Part shown: one piece after another, positions 31,596-44,775 of the stretch | Position numbering within the stretch: position 1 is the stretch's first letter | Layout of the letters: every line of letters starts with the position of its first letter | Assembly (NCBI GenBank): GCA_965215365.1 | Contig: CBDCDS010000003.1 | Span: 1,440,001-1,504,000, forward strand | Length of the DNA: 64,000 bases | Origin: Gammaproteobacteria bacterium | GTDB lineage: Bacteria; Pseudomonadota; Gammaproteobacteria; Eutrophobiales; Eutrophobiaceae | Direction of reading: 5' to 3' | Notes under the pieces: model-generated | What the model was told of the DNA's origin: nothing | What the model saw: only the letters and a program-made list of their open reading frames with translations | The model's database searches: none | Translations under genes and position numbers: made by a program

Positions 31596-31746
31596 GGTAA
31601 CCTCTAAAAATGCCTTCCATGTCATTTTTAGAGACGGCAACGAAAAAGTATGATTTTTCGTTTCCGTCATTTTCAAGCACTGACGTGCTCAAAAATGGCA
31701 GCATATCCTTATGCTGCACGGGTGCCTCTAATTTTTAGAGGCGCCC
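31596..31746 (-). mobile_element. Family A long element (~150 bp) between tRNA-Thr and tuf
   Basis: Starts ggtaacctctaaaaatgcc, ends with palindrome gggtgcctctaatttttagaggcgccc; inverted copy of 31026-31176. Confidence 0.8.
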
Positions 31747-31778
31747 ATGTAACGTTATAACTCTGAGGAGAAATCAGC

Positions 31779-32969
31779 ATGTCCAAGGAAAAATTTCAGC
31801 GCACAAAGCCCCACGTCAACGTGGGTACGATTGGTCACGTGGACCATGGCAAGACGACTCTCACGGCTGCTATCACCATGGCGATGGCTGCGCGTTTCGG
31901 CGGGGAAATCAAGGCGTATGATCAGATTGATAATGCGCCTGAAGAGCGTGAACGCGGCATCACTATTGCCACCGCGCACGTTGAATATGAGAGTGAAGCG
32001 CGCCACTATGCCCATGTGGACTGCCCGGGCCACGCAGACTACGTGAAAAACATGATTACCGGTGCCGCGCAAATGGACGGGGCGGTGCTGGTGGTAAGCG
32101 CCGCCGACGGACCCATGCCGCAAACCCGTGAACACATCCTGCTGGCGCGTCAGGTCGGTGTGCCGAAGATTGTGGTGTACCTGAACAAGGCCGACCAGGT
32201 CGATGATGCAGAACTGCTGGAACTGGTGGATATGGAAGTGCGGGAACTGCTCGACAGCTATGAGTTCCCGGGCGACGATACCCCCATCATCACCGGCAGC
32301 GCGTTACAAGCGCTCAATGGTGATGACACCGAGAACGGCCTCAAATCCATCGAGCGCCTCATCGCCGCAATGGACGACTACATCCCCATCCCGGAACGTC
32401 CTGTGGACCAGCCGTTCCTGTTGCCCATAGAAGATGTGTTTTCTATCAGCGGGCGTGGCACCGTTGTCACTGGCCGCGTCGAGCGCGGCATCGTCAAGGT
32501 AGGGGAAGAGGTGGAGATCGTGGGCATACGCGACACTTCCAAAACCACCTGTACCGGTGTGGAAATGTTTCGCAAGCTGCTCGACGAAGGTCAGGCGGGT
32601 GACAATGTGGGCGTACTGCTGCGCGGCACGAAGCGCACTGATGTCGAGCGCGGTCAGGTGGTTTGTAAACCCGGCAGCATCACGCCGCACACCAAATTTG
32701 AGTGCGAGGTATATGTGTTGAGCAAGGACGAGGGAGGACGTCACACGCCGTTTTTCAACAATTATCGACCGCAGTTTTATTTTCGTACCACCGACGTAAC
32801 CGGCGCGGTGGATTTGCCGGAAGGTACGGAAATGGTAATGCCGGGCGATAATGTCCGTATGACCGTGGAACTGATATCGCCTATCGCGATGGAAGAGGGC
32901 TTGCGTTTTGCGATACGCGAGGGCGGCCGCACCGTAGGCGCCGGCGTAGTCAGCAAAATTATCGAATAG
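31779..32969 (+). CDS. tuf: Elongation factor Tu
   Basis: [21 protein letters not shown]; 396 aa. Confidence 0.99.
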   Translation: MSKEKFQRTKPHVNVGTIGHVDHGKTTLTAAITMAMAARFGGEIKAYDQIDNAPEERERGITIATAHVEYESEARHYAHVDCPGHADYVKNMITGAAQMDGAVLVVSAADGPMPQTREHILLARQVGVPKIVVYLNKADQVDDAELLELVDMEVRELLDSYEFPGDDTPIITGSALQALNGDDTENGLKSIERLIAAMDDYIPIPERPVDQPFLLPIEDVFSISGRGTVVTGRVERGIVKVGEEVEIVGIRDTSKTTCTGVEMFRKLLDEGQAGDNVGVLLRGTKRTDVERGQVVCKPGSITPHTKFECEVYVLSKDEGGRHTPFFNNYRPQFYFRTTDVTGAVDLPEGTEMVMPGDNVRMTVELISPIAMEEGLRFAIREGGRTVGAGVVSKIIE

Positions 32970-33003
32970 CCGGTTGCAGCCCGAGTATCCCGGTTGTCTC
33001 AAT

Positions 33004-33079
33004 AGGCCAGTAGCTCAATTGGCAGAGCGGCGGTCTCCAAAACCGCAGGTTGGGGGTTCGATTCCCTCCTGGCCTGCCA
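33004..33079 (+). tRNA. tRNA-Trp(CCA)
   Basis: Cloverleaf, anticodon CCA; canonical tuf-trnW-secE position. Confidence 0.97.
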
Positions 33080-33119
33080 ACAGGACACACCGCCTGCGCT
33101 TGGGCGGGTAGCTTGAGTG

Positions 33120-33494
33120 ATGAGTTCGGAAACAGTTAACGTGAAGTTTGACCTGGTAAAACTGGTTGTTGCAGGACTTATCGTCATCGCGGCAGTGGTC
33201 GGCTTTTACATTTTTGACGAGCAGTCGACGCCATTGCGGGTCGTCGGCCTGCTGGTATTGACGGGCGTTGCCGCCTGGGTCGGATTGCAGACGGCATCGG
33301 GCCGGAAGTTATGGAGCTTCCTGCAGGAGGCTCAGTTTGAAGTGCGCAAGGTGGTGTGGCCGACGCGTCAGGAAACGCTACAGACCACGTTGCTGGTGAT
33401 GGTGGTGGTGATTGTGGTGGCACTGATATTGTGGGGACTGGACTCGGTACTTGGTTGGGCCATCAGGCAGTTGATCGGCGGGCCGGGAGGGTAA
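33120..33494 (+). CDS. secE: Preprotein translocase SecE
   Basis: 3 [15 protein letters not shown]. Confidence 0.96.
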   Translation: MSSETVNVKFDLVKLVVAGLIVIAAVVGFYIFDEQSTPLRVVGLLVLTGVAAWVGLQTASGRKLWSFLQEAQFEVRKVVWPTRQETLQTTLLVMVVVIVVALILWGLDSVLGWAIRQLIGGPGG

Positions 33495-33498
33495 CCCA

Positions 33499-34032
33499 GT
33501 GGCACTTAAATGGTACGTGGTACAGGCCTATTCCGGCTATGAGCAGAATGTGAGGCGGGCGCTGCTGGAGCGTATTGAGCGCAGCGACCTGAAGGAGCAA
33601 TTTGGCGACATCCTGGTGCCGACCGAGGAAGTCGTGGAGATGCGTGACGGCAAGAAGCGCAAAAGTGATCGTAAATTCTTCCCGGGTTACGTGTTGGTGG
33701 AAATGGAAATGAACGACGCGACCTGGCACCTGGTCAAGGAAGAGCCCCGGGTGCTGGGTTTTATCGGTGGAACGACAGGCCGGCCGGTGCCGATCTCCAG
33801 TGCCGAAGCAGACGCCATCCTGCAACGGGTTGAGGACGGGGTGGACAAACCCAGGCCGAAAGTCCTGTTTGAGCCGGGTGAAGTAGTCCGGGTTAACGAT
33901 GGGCCGTTCACGGATTTTAACGGCGTGGTCGAAGAAGTAAATTATGAAAAGAGTCGATTGCGGGTTTCCGTATTGATATTTGGCCGCTCTACTCCGGTGG
34001 AACTCGAATTCACCCAAGTGGAAAAGGAATAG
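33499..34032 (+). CDS. nusG: Transcription factor NusG
   Basis: [28 protein letters not shown]. Confidence 0.98.
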   Translation: MALKWYVVQAYSGYEQNVRRALLERIERSDLKEQFGDILVPTEEVVEMRDGKKRKSDRKFFPGYVLVEMEMNDATWHLVKEEPRVLGFIGGTTGRPVPISSAEADAILQRVEDGVDKPRPKVLFEPGEVVRVNDGPFTDFNGVVEEVNYEKSRLRVSVLIFGRSTPVELEFTQVEKE

Positions 34033-34071
34033 CGGCCGGTATTGCAGCAAGTAACCTGCGGGAGTGAGACA

Positions 34072-34518
34072 ATGGCAAAGAACACCGGTTCAAAGAAAGT
34101 TATCGCCTCGGTTAAGTTTACCGTGCCGGCCGGCAATGCCAGCCCGAGTCCGCCGGTGGGTCCGGCGTTGGGCCAGCACCAGTTGGGTTTGATGGAGTTT
34201 TGCAAGGCCTTCAACGCGCAGACCCAGAATATGGAACCGGGCTTGCCGATACCGGTCGTCGTCAGCGTTTACCCGGACAAGAAATTCTCGTTCATTACCA
34301 AAACACCGCCGGCGGCCTATCTGCTGAAACGGGCTGCCGGCATTGAAAACGGCAGCGGCGTCCCCAACAAGGATAAGGTTGGCAAAGTGACGCGGGCGCA
34401 ACTGGAAGATATTGCAAGGACCAAGGATCCTGATTTGACTGCCATGGACTTGGACGCGGCGGTGCGCACCATTGCCGGCACAGCGAGAAGCATGGGTATT
34501 GAGACGGAGGTGGCCTGA
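34072..34518 (+). CDS. rplK: 50S ribosomal protein L11
   Basis: [25 protein letters not shown]. Confidence 0.98.
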   Translation: MAKNTGSKKVIASVKFTVPAGNASPSPPVGPALGQHQLGLMEFCKAFNAQTQNMEPGLPIPVVVSVYPDKKFSFITKTPPAAYLLKRAAGIENGSGVPNKDKVGKVTRAQLEDIARTKDPDLTAMDLDAAVRTIAGTARSMGIETEVA

Positions 34519-34519
34519 C

Positions 34520-35209
34520 ATGGCAAAACTATCGAAGCGCGCACGCGCGTTCAAGGAAAAAGTCAATGCCGGACAGGCATACGCTGCGCTGGATGCCCTG
34601 AACCTGCTCAAGGAGAATGCCAGCACAAAGTTTGACGAGACCGTCGAAGTGGCAGTCAACCTGGGCGTGGACCCGAGAAAATCCGACCAGATGGTGCGCG
34701 GTGCCAGCGTCCTGCCGCAAGGCACCGGCAAGGTTGTCAAGGTGGCCGTGTTCGCACAGGGTGAGCAGGCCGATACCGCCCGGGCCGCCGGCGCTGAATA
34801 TGTGGGCCTGCAGGATCTGGCTGAACAGGTGCAGGCCGGAATGATGGATTTTAACGTCGCCATCGCCGCGCCGGATGCCATGCCGATAGTGGGCAAGCTG
34901 GGCAAGCTGCTGGGTCCCAGGGGGTTAATGCCCAACCCGAAAGTCGGCACTGTAACCAAAGATGTCGGTCAGGCCGTGACCAATGCAAAAGCCGGCCAAG
35001 TGCGGTACCGGACGGACAAGAACGGCATTATCCATTGCGGGATAGGCAAGGCCTCATTTGCTGCAGATGCGCTCAAACAGAATCTGGACACACTGCTGAC
35101 CGATCTGAAAAAAGCGAAACCCGGCGCGGCCAAAGGTATTTACCTGAAAAAAATCAGCCTTTCGACCACTATGGGCTCCAGCGTTGTGGTTGACCAGGCG
35201 AGCCTGTAA
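34520..35209 (+). CDS. rplA: 50S ribosomal protein L1
   Basis: [29 protein letters not shown]. Confidence 0.98.
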   Translation: MAKLSKRARAFKEKVNAGQAYAALDALNLLKENASTKFDETVEVAVNLGVDPRKSDQMVRGASVLPQGTGKVVKVAVFAQGEQADTARAAGAEYVGLQDLAEQVQAGMMDFNVAIAAPDAMPIVGKLGKLLGPRGLMPNPKVGTVTKDVGQAVTNAKAGQVRYRTDKNGIIHCGIGKASFAADALKQNLDTLLTDLKKAKPGAAKGIYLKKISLSTTMGSSVVVDQASL

Positions 35210-35225
35210 TCGGGAGACAAGGTTT

Positions 35226-35750
35226 ATGGCTCTGACACTGGAACAGAAGCAGGCTATCGTGGCGGAAGTCGCGGCGATAGCAGCCACCGCCCCCGCCGCT
35301 GTTGCGGCGGAATACACGGGGTTGAACGTGGCCAAAATGACGGCGTTACGGCGTTCGGCCCGGGAGTCCGGCATTTATCTCAAGGTGGTGCGCAACACCT
35401 TGGCGCGCCGTGCCTTCGAGGGTACCCAATTCGATTGTATGAGCAGCACGCTCAGCGGACCGCTGTTGTTGGCTTTTTCCAACGCAGAGCCGGGTTCGGC
35501 CGCAAAGGTCATACGAGACTTCGCTCAAGACAACGAACAACTGGTGGTCAGGCTCATTGCCTTGGACGGCCGCTTGCTGGACGCTACAGAAATCGAAAAT
35601 GTTGCAAATATGCCGTCCTTAGAGCAGGCGCGTGCCATGCTGCTGAGCCTGTTGCAGGCCCCGCTTGGCAAGTTCCTGCGCGTCCTGTCTGAGCCGGAGG
35701 GGAAATTCCTGCGCCTGCTTGACGCTCGCCGCGAACAACAAACCACGTAA
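35226..35750 (+). CDS. rplJ: 50S ribosomal protein L10
   Basis: MALTLEQKQAIV, KVVRNTLA; gene order. Confidence 0.96.
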   Translation: MALTLEQKQAIVAEVAAIAATAPAAVAAEYTGLNVAKMTALRRSARESGIYLKVVRNTLARRAFEGTQFDCMSSTLSGPLLLAFSNAEPGSAAKVIRDFAQDNEQLVVRLIALDGRLLDATEIENVANMPSLEQARAMLLSLLQAPLGKFLRVLSEPEGKFLRLLDARREQQTT

Positions 35751-35775
35751 TTACACAAGAGTATAGGAGTAGAAA

Positions 35776-36156
35776 ATGTCTGTCTCAAAAGATGAAATCA
35801 AACAGGCCTTAAGCAGTATGCCGGTGCTGGACCTGGTAGGCCTTATCTCGGAACTGGAAGAAGAATGGGGTGTCAGTGCCGCGGCCCCCGTCGCCGCGGT
35901 GGCCGCGGCCGGGCCTGCCGCCGCCGCGGAAGAGGCTGAGGAGCAGACCGAATTTGACGTGGTACTGAGTAGCTTCGGCAGCAACAAGGTGCCGGTGATC
36001 AAGGTTGTGCGCGCCTTGACCGGCATGGGGTTGAAAGAAGCCAAAGAGCTGGTGGAGGGCGCCCCGGCGCCCGTCAGAGAAGGAGTAGCCAAGGAAGAGG
36101 CTGAGGAAGCGAAAGCAAAACTGGAAGAGGCCGGCGCCACGGTTGAGCTTAAATAG
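35776..36156 (+). CDS. rplL: 50S ribosomal protein L7/L12
   Basis: [29 protein letters not shown]. Confidence 0.98.
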   Translation: MSVSKDEIKQALSSMPVLDLVGLISELEEEWGVSAAAPVAAVAAAGPAAAAEEAEEQTEFDVVLSSFGSNKVPVIKVVRALTGMGLKEAKELVEGAPAPVREGVAKEEAEEAKAKLEEAGATVELK

Positions 36157-36218
36157 TTCGACTCTGGTGCGTTCTTCGACAAAGGTTGTTTTACCCTGCT
36201 GTGCAGGAGGCAATGCCC

Positions 36219-36243
36219 GGGGCAGGTCCGGTCTGCCCCTTTT
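36219..36243 (+). terminator. rplL-rpoB attenuator-like hairpin
   Basis: GGGGCAG-loop-CTGCCCC followed by TTTT. Confidence 0.6.
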
Positions 36244-36321
36244 GCGCGTGCGGCGTAATACAACGACGCGGTGGCTGACTGTCCCCGTCCATCTTCCTTT
36301 TCCCATTGATGAGAGCGCGTG

Positions 36322-39300
36322 ATGACCTACTCCTACACTGAAAAAAAACGCCTGCGCAAAGATTTCGGCAAAAGACAAGGTGTCTTGGCTGTGCCTTATC
36401 TGCTGGCGACCCAGAAACGTTCCTACGAATTATTTTTGCAATCCGGCGCGGCGCCCGAGGCGCGCGCCGACGCCGGTCTGGAAGCTGTATTGAACTCGGT
36501 TTTCCCGATGAACAGCTATTCCGGCAATGCCGCCCTGGAGTATGTCAGTTACCGGCTGGATACCCCCACCTTTGATGTCAAGGAATGTAAAATGCGCGGG
36601 ACCACCTATGCTGCACCGCTGAAGGTCAAGGTGCGCCTGATCATCTACGACAAAGAAGCCGGTTTGAGCAACAAGGTAGTCAAGGACATCAGGGAGCAGG
36701 AAGTCTATATGGGCGAGCTGCCGCTGATGACGGAAACCGGCACCTTCGTAATCAACGGCACCGAGCGGGTGATCGTGTTCCAGCTGCACCGCTCCCCCGG
36801 CGTGTTTTTTGAAAGCGACAAGGGCAAGACCCACTCATCGGGGAAACTGCTTTACTCGGCGCGCGTAATTCCTTATCGCGGCTCCTGGCTGGACTTCGAA
36901 TTTGACCCGAAGGATATTGTCTATTGCCGTATCGACCGGCGCCGCAAGATCCTGGCTACGATACTACTGCAGGCTCTGGGCTATACTCCCCAGGATATCC
37001 TGGAGGTCTTTTTTGAAACAGATCGGTTCAGGCTTGAGAAAGGCAGGATTTATCTGAACCTGATTGCTGAACGCCTGCGCGGCGAAACGGTCAGTTTCGA
37101 CATTGCGGACAAAGATGGCAACGTCATCGTGGAAAGTGAGAAGCGCATTACCGTCAGGCATATCCGTAATATTGAAAAAGCCGGCATAAAGGAACTGGAA
37201 GTGCCCGCTGAACACCTGCTGGGCAGGGTGCTGGGCCGGGATGTGGTTGACATGGAGACCGGGGAAATTGTGGCGCCGGTCAACGCAGAGATAACCGCGG
37301 AGGTGTTGGAGCGTTTTCACAAGCTGGGCAAGCTGGAACTGGAAACCCTGTTTATCAACGACCTGAATTGCGGCCCGTTTATGGCCGATACGCTACGTAT
37401 GGATACCACCTTGTCGCAGCAGGATGCGCAGGTGGAAATTTATCGGGTCATGCGTCCGGGTGAGCCGCCGACAAAAGAATCTGCCGAAAATCTGTTCAAG
37501 AACCTGTTTTTCTCGCTGGATCGGTATGACTTGTCCGCCGTCGGACGCATGAAATTCAATCGTCGGGTCAGTCGTGAGCAAGCCACCGGTCCGGGCGTCC
37601 TCTATGACGGAAAATACTTCGGCCAGCAGGATGATGAGCTGTCCAGAAATATATGCTCGGAATTAGGTGAGAGTTCGGACATCGTTGACGTGTTGCAGAC
37701 CTTGCTGGATATTCGCAACGGCAAGGGTTCCGTCGATGATATCGACCACTTGGGCAACCGCCGGGTGAGAAGCGTGGGTGAAATGGTGGAAAACCAGTTC
37801 CGTATCGGGTTGGTGCGGTTGGAGAGAGCAGTTAAGGAGCGTCTCAGTCTGGCCGAATCCGAGGGATTGATGCCCCAAGAGATCATCAATGCGAAGCCCG
37901 TATCGGCAGTGGTCAGGGAGTTTTTCGGCTCCAGCCAGCTATCCCAGTTCATGGACCAGAACAACCCGTTATCCGAAATTACTCATAAGCGACGCATCTC
38001 CGCGCTGGGGCCGGGCGGATTGACGCGCGAGCGAGCCGGGTTTGAAGTCCGGGATGTGCATCCGACCCACTATGGCCGGTTGTGCCCCATTGAAACCCCG
38101 GAGGGCCCCAACATTGGCCTCATCAACTCCCTGGCGGTCTATGCGCGCACTAACGAGTACGGTTTTCTGGAAACGCCTTATCGCAAAGTGGAAGGCGGCA
38201 AGGTATCCGGCGAGATTGAATATCTCTCCGCCATCGAAGAGGGTGACTACATCATTGCTCAGGCCAACTCCAACCTCGACGAGCAGGGCCGGTTTGTTGA
38301 TGACCTGATTTCATGCCGGAACCAGAATGAGTTTACCATGTCCACACCGGACCGCGTTGAATATATGGATGTGTCGCCCCGGCAGATTGTCTCGGTGGCC
38401 GCAGCATTGATACCCTTCCTGGAACATGATGATGCCAACCGGGCCTTGATGGGTTCCAACATGCAACGTCAGGCGGTGCCGACCATGCGTGCGGAGAAAC
38501 CACTGGTAGGCACCGGTATTGAGCGCACCGTGGCCAAAGACTCTGGCGTAACGGTGAACGCCGGACGCGGCGGTATCGTCGACTCTGTCGATGCCGCCCG
38601 CATCGTAGTGCGGGTGAGTGATGATGAGATAGTGCCCGGCGAGCCCGGCGTTGATATCTACAACCTCGTCAAATATACCCGTTCCAACCAGAACACCTGT
38701 ATCAACCAGAAGCCGTTGGTCAAAACCGGTGACGTTATCGCCGCCGGAGATGTGCTGTCCGACGGCCCGGCAACCGACCTCGGAGAGTTGGCGTTGGGGC
38801 AGAACCTGATGGTCGCGTTCATGCCGTGGAACGGCTATAACTTCGAGGACTCCATCCTCATTTCCGAACGTCTGGTGACGGAGGAACGCTACACCAGCAT
38901 TCATATTGAAGAACTGGTCTGCGTGGCGCGCGATATCAAACTCGGCCCGGAAGAGATTTCCGCGGATATTCCCAACGTGAGTGAGAGCGCACTGGGCAAA
39001 CTGGACGAATCCGGCATCGTATTCATCGGTGCTGAAGTGCGTCCGGGAGACATCCTGGTGGGCAAGGTGACACCGAAAGGGGAAACACAACTCACCCCGG
39101 AGGAGAAGTTGCTGCGGGCTATTTTTGGTGAGAAAGCCTCTGACGTGAAGGACACCTCCCTGCGCGTGCCTTCGGGCATGAACGGCACAGTCATTGACGT
39201 ACAGGTGTTTACCCGTGACGGCGTGCCCAAGGATGACCGCGCCATGGAAATAGAAGAGACCGAACTGAACCGGGTAAGAAAGGACTTGAACGACCAGTTG

Positions 39301-40464
39301 CGCATTATGGAGGACGGCATTTATCAGCGTCTCGAGCGCCAACTGGTGGGACAGAAGGTACAGGGTGGCCCCGATGGTTTCAAACGCGGCACTGTCATAA
39401 CGAGCGCTGCCCTGGCACAGACGCCACGTGATAAGTGGTTCGAGATCCGTTTCCGCGGTAACGAATTGAGCCGCCTGCTGGAGCGCACCTCGGAGCAGTT
39501 ACACCAGCTCCGGGAAAAATTTGACGAGCTGTTCAAGGACAAGCGCGACAAGCTGACTTCCGGCGATGATCTAGCGCCCGGCGTACTGAAAATCGTCAAG
39601 GTGTATCTTGCCGTCAAGCGGCACATCCAGCCGGGCGATAAAATGGCGGGCCGGCACGGCAATAAAGGAGTTATTTCCACCATTATCCCGGTTGAGGACA
39701 TGCCCTATCTGCAGGATGGCACGCCGGTGGACATCGTGCTCAACCCCTTGGGCGTGCCGTCCCGGATGAATGTGGGTCAGGTTTTGGAAACCCACCTGGG
39801 CTGGGCGGCCAAGGGACTGGGCCAGCGCATCGGCGCTATGCTCGCTGCACAGGAGGGCATTGGCAAGTTGCGCGGCTTGCTGGATCAGATCTATAACGAA
39901 AGCGGCGGCAAGAACGAACAGCTGGAACTGTTGTCAGACGACGAAATACTGCAACTGGCTGCGAACCTCAAGGACGGAGTGCCCATAGCCACGCCGGTTT
40001 TTGACGGTGCCAGTGAGACGGAAATCAAGGACCTGCTGGAACTGGCGGGACTGAGCCGCAACGGCCAGAGCATACTCTATGACGGCAGGACTGGCGACGC
40101 GTTCGACCGCCCGATCACCGTTGGCTACATGTACATGTTGAAGCTTAACCATCTGGTCGATGACAAGATGCACGCCCGTTCTACCGGCCCCTACAGTCTG
40201 GTTACCCAGCAACCGCTGGGCGGCAAGGCGCAATTCGGCGGTCAGCGTTTTGGCGAAATGGAGGTCTGGGCGCTGGAGGCTTACGGCGCGGCTTACACCT
40301 TGCAGGAAATGTTGACAGTCAAGTCTGATGACGTGAACGGCCGTACCAAAATGTACAAGAACATCGTTGACGGCGGCCACTATATCGAAGCCGGTATGCC
40401 TGAGTCCTTTAACGTGTTGTTAAAGGAAATCAAGTCCCTGGGCATAGACATAGACCTTGAGTGA
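36322..40464 (+). CDS. rpoB: RNA polymerase beta subunit
   Basis: [40 protein letters not shown]. Confidence 0.99.
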   Translation: MTYSYTEKKRLRKDFGKRQGVLAVPYLLATQKRSYELFLQSGAAPEARADAGLEAVLNSVFPMNSYSGNAALEYVSYRLDTPTFDVKECKMRGTTYAAPLKVKVRLIIYDKEAGLSNKVVKDIREQEVYMGELPLMTETGTFVINGTERVIVFQLHRSPGVFFESDKGKTHSSGKLLYSARVIPYRGSWLDFEFDPKDIVYCRIDRRRKILATILLQALGYTPQDILEVFFETDRFRLEKGRIYLNLIAERLRGETVSFDIADKDGNVIVESEKRITVRHIRNIEKAGIKELEVPAEHLLGRVLGRDVVDMETGEIVAPVNAEITAEVLERFHKLGKLELETLFINDLNCGPFMADTLRMDTTLSQQDAQVEIYRVMRPGEPPTKESAENLFKNLFFSLDRYDLSAVGRMKFNRRVSREQATGPGVLYDGKYFGQQDDELSRNICSELGESSDIVDVLQTLLDIRNGKGSVDDIDHLGNRRVRSVGEMVENQFRIGLVRLERAVKERLSLAESEGLMPQEIINAKPVSAVVREFFGSSQLSQFMDQNNPLSEITHKRRISALGPGGLTRERAGFEVRDVHPTHYGRLCPIETPEGPNIGLINSLAVYARTNEYGFLETPYRKVEGGKVSGEIEYLSAIEEGDYIIAQANSNLDEQGRFVDDLISCRNQNEFTMSTPDRVEYMDVSPRQIVSVAAALIPFLEHDDANRALMGSNMQRQAVPTMRAEKPLVGTGIERTVAKDSGVTVNAGRGGIVDSVDAARIVVRVSDDEIVPGEPGVDIYNLVKYTRSNQNTCINQKPLVKTGDVIAAGDVLSDGPATDLGELALGQNLMVAFMPWNGYNFEDSILISERLVTEERYTSIHIEELVCVARDIKLGPEEISADIPNVSESALGKLDESGIVFIGAEVRPGDILVGKVTPKGETQLTPEEKLLRAIFGEKASDVKDTSLRVPSGMNGTVIDVQVFTRDGVPKDDRAMEIEETELNRVRKDLNDQLRIMEDGIYQRLERQLVGQKVQGGPDGFKRGTVITSAALAQTPRDKWFEIRFRGNELSRLLERTSEQLHQLREKFDELFKDKRDKLTSGDDLAPGVLKIVKVYLAVKRHIQPGDKMAGRHGNKGVISTIIPVEDMPYLQDGTPVDIVLNPLGVPSRMNVGQVLETHLGWAAKGLGQRIGAMLAAQEGIGKLRGLLDQIYNESGGKNEQLELLSDDEILQLAANLKDGVPIATPVFDGASETEIKDLLELAGLSRNGQSILYDGRTGDAFDRPITVGYMYMLKLNHLVDDKMHARSTGPYSLVTQQPLGGKAQFGGQRFGEMEVWALEAYGAAYTLQEMLTVKSDDVNGRTKMYKNIVDGGHYIEAGMPESFNVLLKEIKSLGIDIDLE

Positions 40465-40475
40465 GGTAGCGAACA

Positions 40476-43400
40476 TTGAAAGATTTATTAAAGCTGTTAA
40501 AGCAACAGAATCAGCTTGATGAATTCGACGTCATTGCCATCGGTCTGGCGTCGCCGGAAAAAATACGTTCCTGGTCCATGGGCGAGGTGAAAAAACCGGA
40601 AACCATCAATTACCGGACGTTCAAGCCCGAGCGAGACGGCTTGTTCTGTGCCAAAATTTTTGGCCCCGTGAAAGATTACGAGTGCCTCTGCGGCAAGTAC
40701 AAGCGTCTGAAACACCGCGGCGTGAAGTGTGAAAAATGCGGCGTCGAGGTCACCCTGTCCAAAGAGCGGCGGGAACGTATGGGACATATCGAGCTGGCCA
40801 GCCCGGTGGCGCATATCTGGTACCTGAAATCCCTCCCATCCCGCATGGGACTGTTGCTGGATATGACGCTGCGAGAAATAGAACGGGTATTGTACTTTGA
40901 AGCTTATGTGGTCATCGAACCGGGCATGACCCAACTCGAGCGTGGGCAATTACTGACAGAAGAGAGCTACCTAGAGGCCATTGAAGAATACGGCGATGAG
41001 TTCGAGGCAAAAATGGGCGCTGAGGCCATTCGCGAGCTGCTTGCCAACATCGACCTGAGCGTGGAGATAGAGCAGTTACGGGTTGAGATACCGCAGACCA
41101 AATCCGAAACCAAGCTGAAAAAAATGTCAAAACGCCTGAAACTGCTGGAAGCGTTTCAGCGTTCCGGCAACCAGCCCAAGTGGATAGTTATGGAAGTGTT
41201 GCCGGTGTTGCCGCCTGATTTGCGGCCGCTGGTGCCGCTGGATGGCGGCCGTTTTGCCACGTCTGACCTGAATGACCTGTATCGCCGCGTCATCAACCGT
41301 AATAACCGCTTAAAACGCCTGCTCGACTTAAATGCGCCGGACATCATCGTGCGTAACGAGAAGCGCATGTTGCAGGAAGCGGTGGATGCGCTGCTGGATA
41401 ATGGCCGGCGCGGCAGGGCTATCACCGGCACCAACAAGCTGCCATTGAAGTCCTTAGCCGACATGATCAAGGGCAAGCAGGGGCGTTTTCGCCAGAACCT
41501 GCTGGGCAAGCGTGTCGATTATTCGGGACGCTCCGTGATCGTGGTAGGCCCCACCCTCAAGCTGCATCAGTGTGGGTTGCCCAAAAAAATGGCACTGGAA
41601 TTATTCAAGCCTTTCATTTTCAATAAGTTACAAGGCCGCGGGCTGGCGACAACCATCAAGGCGGCGAAAAAGCTAGTGGAAAGAGAGGGGACGGAAGTCT
41701 GGGATATTCTCGATGAGGTCATCCGCGAGCATCCGGTCATGCTGAACCGGGCACCTACCTTGCACCGGCTCGGAATCCAGGCCTTTGAGCCGATCCTGAT
41801 CGAGGGCAAGGCGATCCAGCTGCATCCACTGGTCTGTACCGCGTTCAACGCGGATTTTGACGGTGACCAGATGGCCGTGCATGTGCCACTTTCCATTGAA
41901 GCGCAACTGGAATTGCGCACCCTGATGATGTCCACCAATAATATCCTGTCACCGGCCAATGGCGAGCCGATTATCGTGCCGACCCAGGATGTGGTGCTGG
42001 GGCTGTATTACATGACCCGCGAGTCCGCCGGGGCTAGGGGCTCAGGCAAGAGTTTCGTTGACGTGAGCGAAGTGCACCGCGCTTACGAATGCGGTGCGGT
42101 GGACCTGCATGCCCGGATCAGCGTGCGTATCAAGCAGGTTGCACGGAGCAACGACAACGCTGAGCCGGCGCGTTATGAACGGGTGGACACCACGGTAGGG
42201 CGGGCGCTGCTGTCGCGCATCCTGCCTGAGGAACTGCCGTTTTCCCTGGTCAATCAGGTACTCAACAAACGCTCTATTTCCAGGCTGGTCAATGTCTGCT
42301 ACCGTCGTCTGGGCCTGAAAACTTCGGTGATATTCTCCGATCGCCTGATGTATGCCGGCTTTCACTATTCAACCCGCGCCGGTGTCTCTTTCGGCGTTGA
42401 TGACATGGTGGTGCCAGAAGTCAAGGGCAGCATCATCAGCGAGACCGAAGCACAGGTTAAACAGTTTGAGCAGCAATATATTGACGGGCTGATCACCACC
42501 GGTGAACGCTACAACAAGGTGGTTGACATCTGGTCCCATGCCAATGATCAGGTCGCCAAGGCGATGATGGAAAAACTGGGCGTGGACACGGTCCAGGATC
42601 GGGACGGCAAAGCTGTGGACGAGCCGTCCTTCAATTCAATTTTTATGATGGCGGATTCCGGCGCGCGCGGCTCTGCCGCGCAGATCCGGCAACTGGCCGG
42701 CATGCGCGGGCTGATGGCGAAACCGGATGGTTCCATTATCGAAACACCGATTACTGCAAACTTCCGGGAAGGTTTGAATGTGCTGCAGTATTTCATATCC
42801 ACCCACGGCGCGCGCAAGGGTCTGGCCGACACGGCCCTGAAAACCGCCAATTCCGGCTACCTGACCCGACGGCTGGTGGACGTGGCCCAGGATCTGGTCG
42901 TGGCTGAGGAAGATTGCGGCACGCAGGCCGGCGTCCGCATGACTTCCTTAATTGAAGGCGGAGATGTTGTCGAACCACTGCGGGAGAGAGTTCTGGGCCG
43001 GGTGCTGGCTGCTGACGTGACGAGGCCCGGAGAGCCTGAGGAGGTGATTATTCCCGCCGGCACGCTGCTGGATGAAAAACTGGTCGAAGTGCTGGATGAA
43101 AACGGTGTGGACGAGGTGGAAGTGCGGTCGGCCATTACCTGTGAGACCCGTTACGGCATTTGTGCGATGTGTTACGGCAGGGATCTGGCCCGAGGCCATC
43201 TGGCCAATATCGGCGAGGCGGTCGGCGTAGTCGCAGCGCAGTCCATCGGCGAACCCGGCACGCAGCTGACCATGCGCACGTTTCATATCGGCGGCGCCGC
43301 GTCCAGGGCGGCTGCGATCAGCAGCATCGAGGTCAAATATGGCGGCAGTGTGCGCCTAGACAACGTCAAGCTGCTGGAACAGGAGAGCGGCAACCGGGTT

Positions 43401-44735
43401 GTAGTCTCGCGTTCCGGTGACGTTTCCCTACTCGATGAGGTAGGCAGAGAACGCGAACGCTACAAACTTCCCTATGGCGCAGTGCTGACGGTGCAGGGGG
43501 GTGATACGGTCGAGCCCGGCGTTAAAATTGCCAGTTGGGATCCGCATACGCATCCGGTCATATCCGAGGTCTCAGGCCATGTCCAGTTCGCTGACATCGT
43601 TGAAGGCGAGACTGTCTCCCGGCATGTGGATGATATTACCGGCCTGACCAACATGATGATCATGGACCCCAAGGAGCGCCCCAGAGACGCCAGAGAATTG
43701 CGCCCGACCGTCATCCTGATGGATGCAAAAGGGGTACAGTTGAACTTTCCGGGAACAGACATTCCTGCGCATTACCCGCTGCCGCCCAAGGCCTTGATTA
43801 CCGTCACCGCCGGCGCCGAGGTCAAGGTAGGCGATGTGGTGGCTAAAATGCCGCAGGAATCCCTGAAAACCCGCGACATTACCGGTGGCTTGCCGCGGGT
43901 GGCGGATCTGTTCGAGGCAAGAAAGCCCAAGGAACCGGGGCTCCTGGCCGAAGCCACCGGCACAGTCAGCTTTGGCAAGGATACCAAAGGCAAGCAACGC
44001 CTGATCATCACCGACCGCCACGGCGAGAGCAACGAATTACTGATTCCGAAATGGCGTCATATCAACGTGTTTGAGGGAGAACAGGTGGAAAAGGGCGATA
44101 CGGTCGTCGATGGGCCGCCGACCCCCCACGATATCCTCAGGTTGCAAGGGGTGCACGCACTGGCGAACTATATCGTGAATGAAATTCAGGAGGTCTATCG
44201 CCTGCAGGGTGTGAAGATCAACGATAAACACATCGAGGTCATCGTGCGGCAGATGCTGCGCAAGGTGGAAATCACAGAAACCGGAGAGTCGGTCTTCCTC
44301 AAGGGTGAACAAACGGAAAAAGCACTGGTGATGGAGGAGAACGAACGGTTGCGCGCCGAAGACAAGCTGGAGGCACAATGGGAACCGGTGCTGCTGGGCA
44401 TCACCAAAGCCTCCTTGTCAACGGAGTCGTTTATATCGGCGGCATCATTCCAGGAAACCACGCGGGTGCTGACCGAGGCCAGCGTTAACGGCAAACGGGA
44501 CGACCTGCGCGGCTTGAAAGAGAACGTTATCGTCGGCCGCCTGATCCCAGCCGGCACCGGTCTTGCCTACCATTCCGAGCGCAAGAAGAAACGTCTGGAA
44601 GATGAGCTCGAAGTGCAGGAAGGCATTGCTGAAGAGGCGCTGGCGAGCGAAGCTGACGTTGATGAAAGCGAAGTCATCATGCTGACCCCGGCAACGGAAG
44701 AACCCGTGCCAATGGCCGGCACTCTTTCGAATTAA
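40476..44735 (+). CDS. rpoC: RNA polymerase beta' subunit
   Basis: [25 protein letters not shown]. Confidence 0.99.
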   Translation: MKDLLKLLKQQNQLDEFDVIAIGLASPEKIRSWSMGEVKKPETINYRTFKPERDGLFCAKIFGPVKDYECLCGKYKRLKHRGVKCEKCGVEVTLSKERRERMGHIELASPVAHIWYLKSLPSRMGLLLDMTLREIERVLYFEAYVVIEPGMTQLERGQLLTEESYLEAIEEYGDEFEAKMGAEAIRELLANIDLSVEIEQLRVEIPQTKSETKLKKMSKRLKLLEAFQRSGNQPKWIVMEVLPVLPPDLRPLVPLDGGRFATSDLNDLYRRVINRNNRLKRLLDLNAPDIIVRNEKRMLQEAVDALLDNGRRGRAITGTNKLPLKSLADMIKGKQGRFRQNLLGKRVDYSGRSVIVVGPTLKLHQCGLPKKMALELFKPFIFNKLQGRGLATTIKAAKKLVEREGTEVWDILDEVIREHPVMLNRAPTLHRLGIQAFEPILIEGKAIQLHPLVCTAFNADFDGDQMAVHVPLSIEAQLELRTLMMSTNNILSPANGEPIIVPTQDVVLGLYYMTRESAGARGSGKSFVDVSEVHRAYECGAVDLHARISVRIKQVARSNDNAEPARYERVDTTVGRALLSRILPEELPFSLVNQVLNKRSISRLVNVCYRRLGLKTSVIFSDRLMYAGFHYSTRAGVSFGVDDMVVPEVKGSIISETEAQVKQFEQQYIDGLITTGERYNKVVDIWSHANDQVAKAMMEKLGVDTVQDRDGKAVDEPSFNSIFMMADSGARGSAAQIRQLAGMRGLMAKPDGSIIETPITANFREGLNVLQYFISTHGARKGLADTALKTANSGYLTRRLVDVAQDLVVAEEDCGTQAGVRMTSLIEGGDVVEPLRERVLGRVLAADVTRPGEPEEVIIPAGTLLDEKLVEVLDENGVDEVEVRSAITCETRYGICAMCYGRDLARGHLANIGEAVGVVAAQSIGEPGTQLTMRTFHIGGAASRAAAISSIEVKYGGSVRLDNVKLLEQESGNRVVVSRSGDVSLLDEVGRERERYKLPYGAVLTVQGGDTVEPGVKIASWDPHTHPVISEVSGHVQFADIVEGETVSRHVDDITGLTNMMIMDPKERPRDARELRPTVILMDAKGVQLNFPGTDIPAHYPLPPKALITVTAGAEVKVGDVVAKMPQESLKTRDITGGLPRVADLFEARKPKEPGLLAEATGTVSFGKDTKGKQRLIITDRHGESNELLIPKWRHINVFEGEQVEKGDTVVDGPPTPHDILRLQGVHALANYIVNEIQEVYRLQGVKINDKHIEVIVRQMLRKVEITETGESVFLKGEQTEKALVMEENERLRAEDKLEAQWEPVLLGITKASLSTESFISAASFQETTRVLTEASVNGKRDDLRGLKENVIVGRLIPAGTGLAYHSERKKKRLEDELEVQEGIAEEALASEADVDESEVIMLTPATEEPVPMAGTLSN

Positions 44736-44765
44736 GGGCGCCTCTATTACACGAGGTTCCCTTAA
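44732..44765. mobile_element. Family A minimal element with TTAA duplication at the rpoC stop
   Basis: TTAA-gggcgcctctattacacgaggttccc-TTAA. Confidence 0.7.
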
Positions 44766-44775
44766 GGGCGGCGCC

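Noticed and set aside
31287-33079. Prophage or island integrated at the tRNAs
   Set aside because: No integrase or duplicated tRNA 3' end; core gene order is intact
36430-44557. Many long antisense ORFs over rpoB/rpoC (also over lptD, purD, tuf, rplKA, nth)
   Set aside because: Shadow frames of high-GC coding sequence with no recognisable motifs
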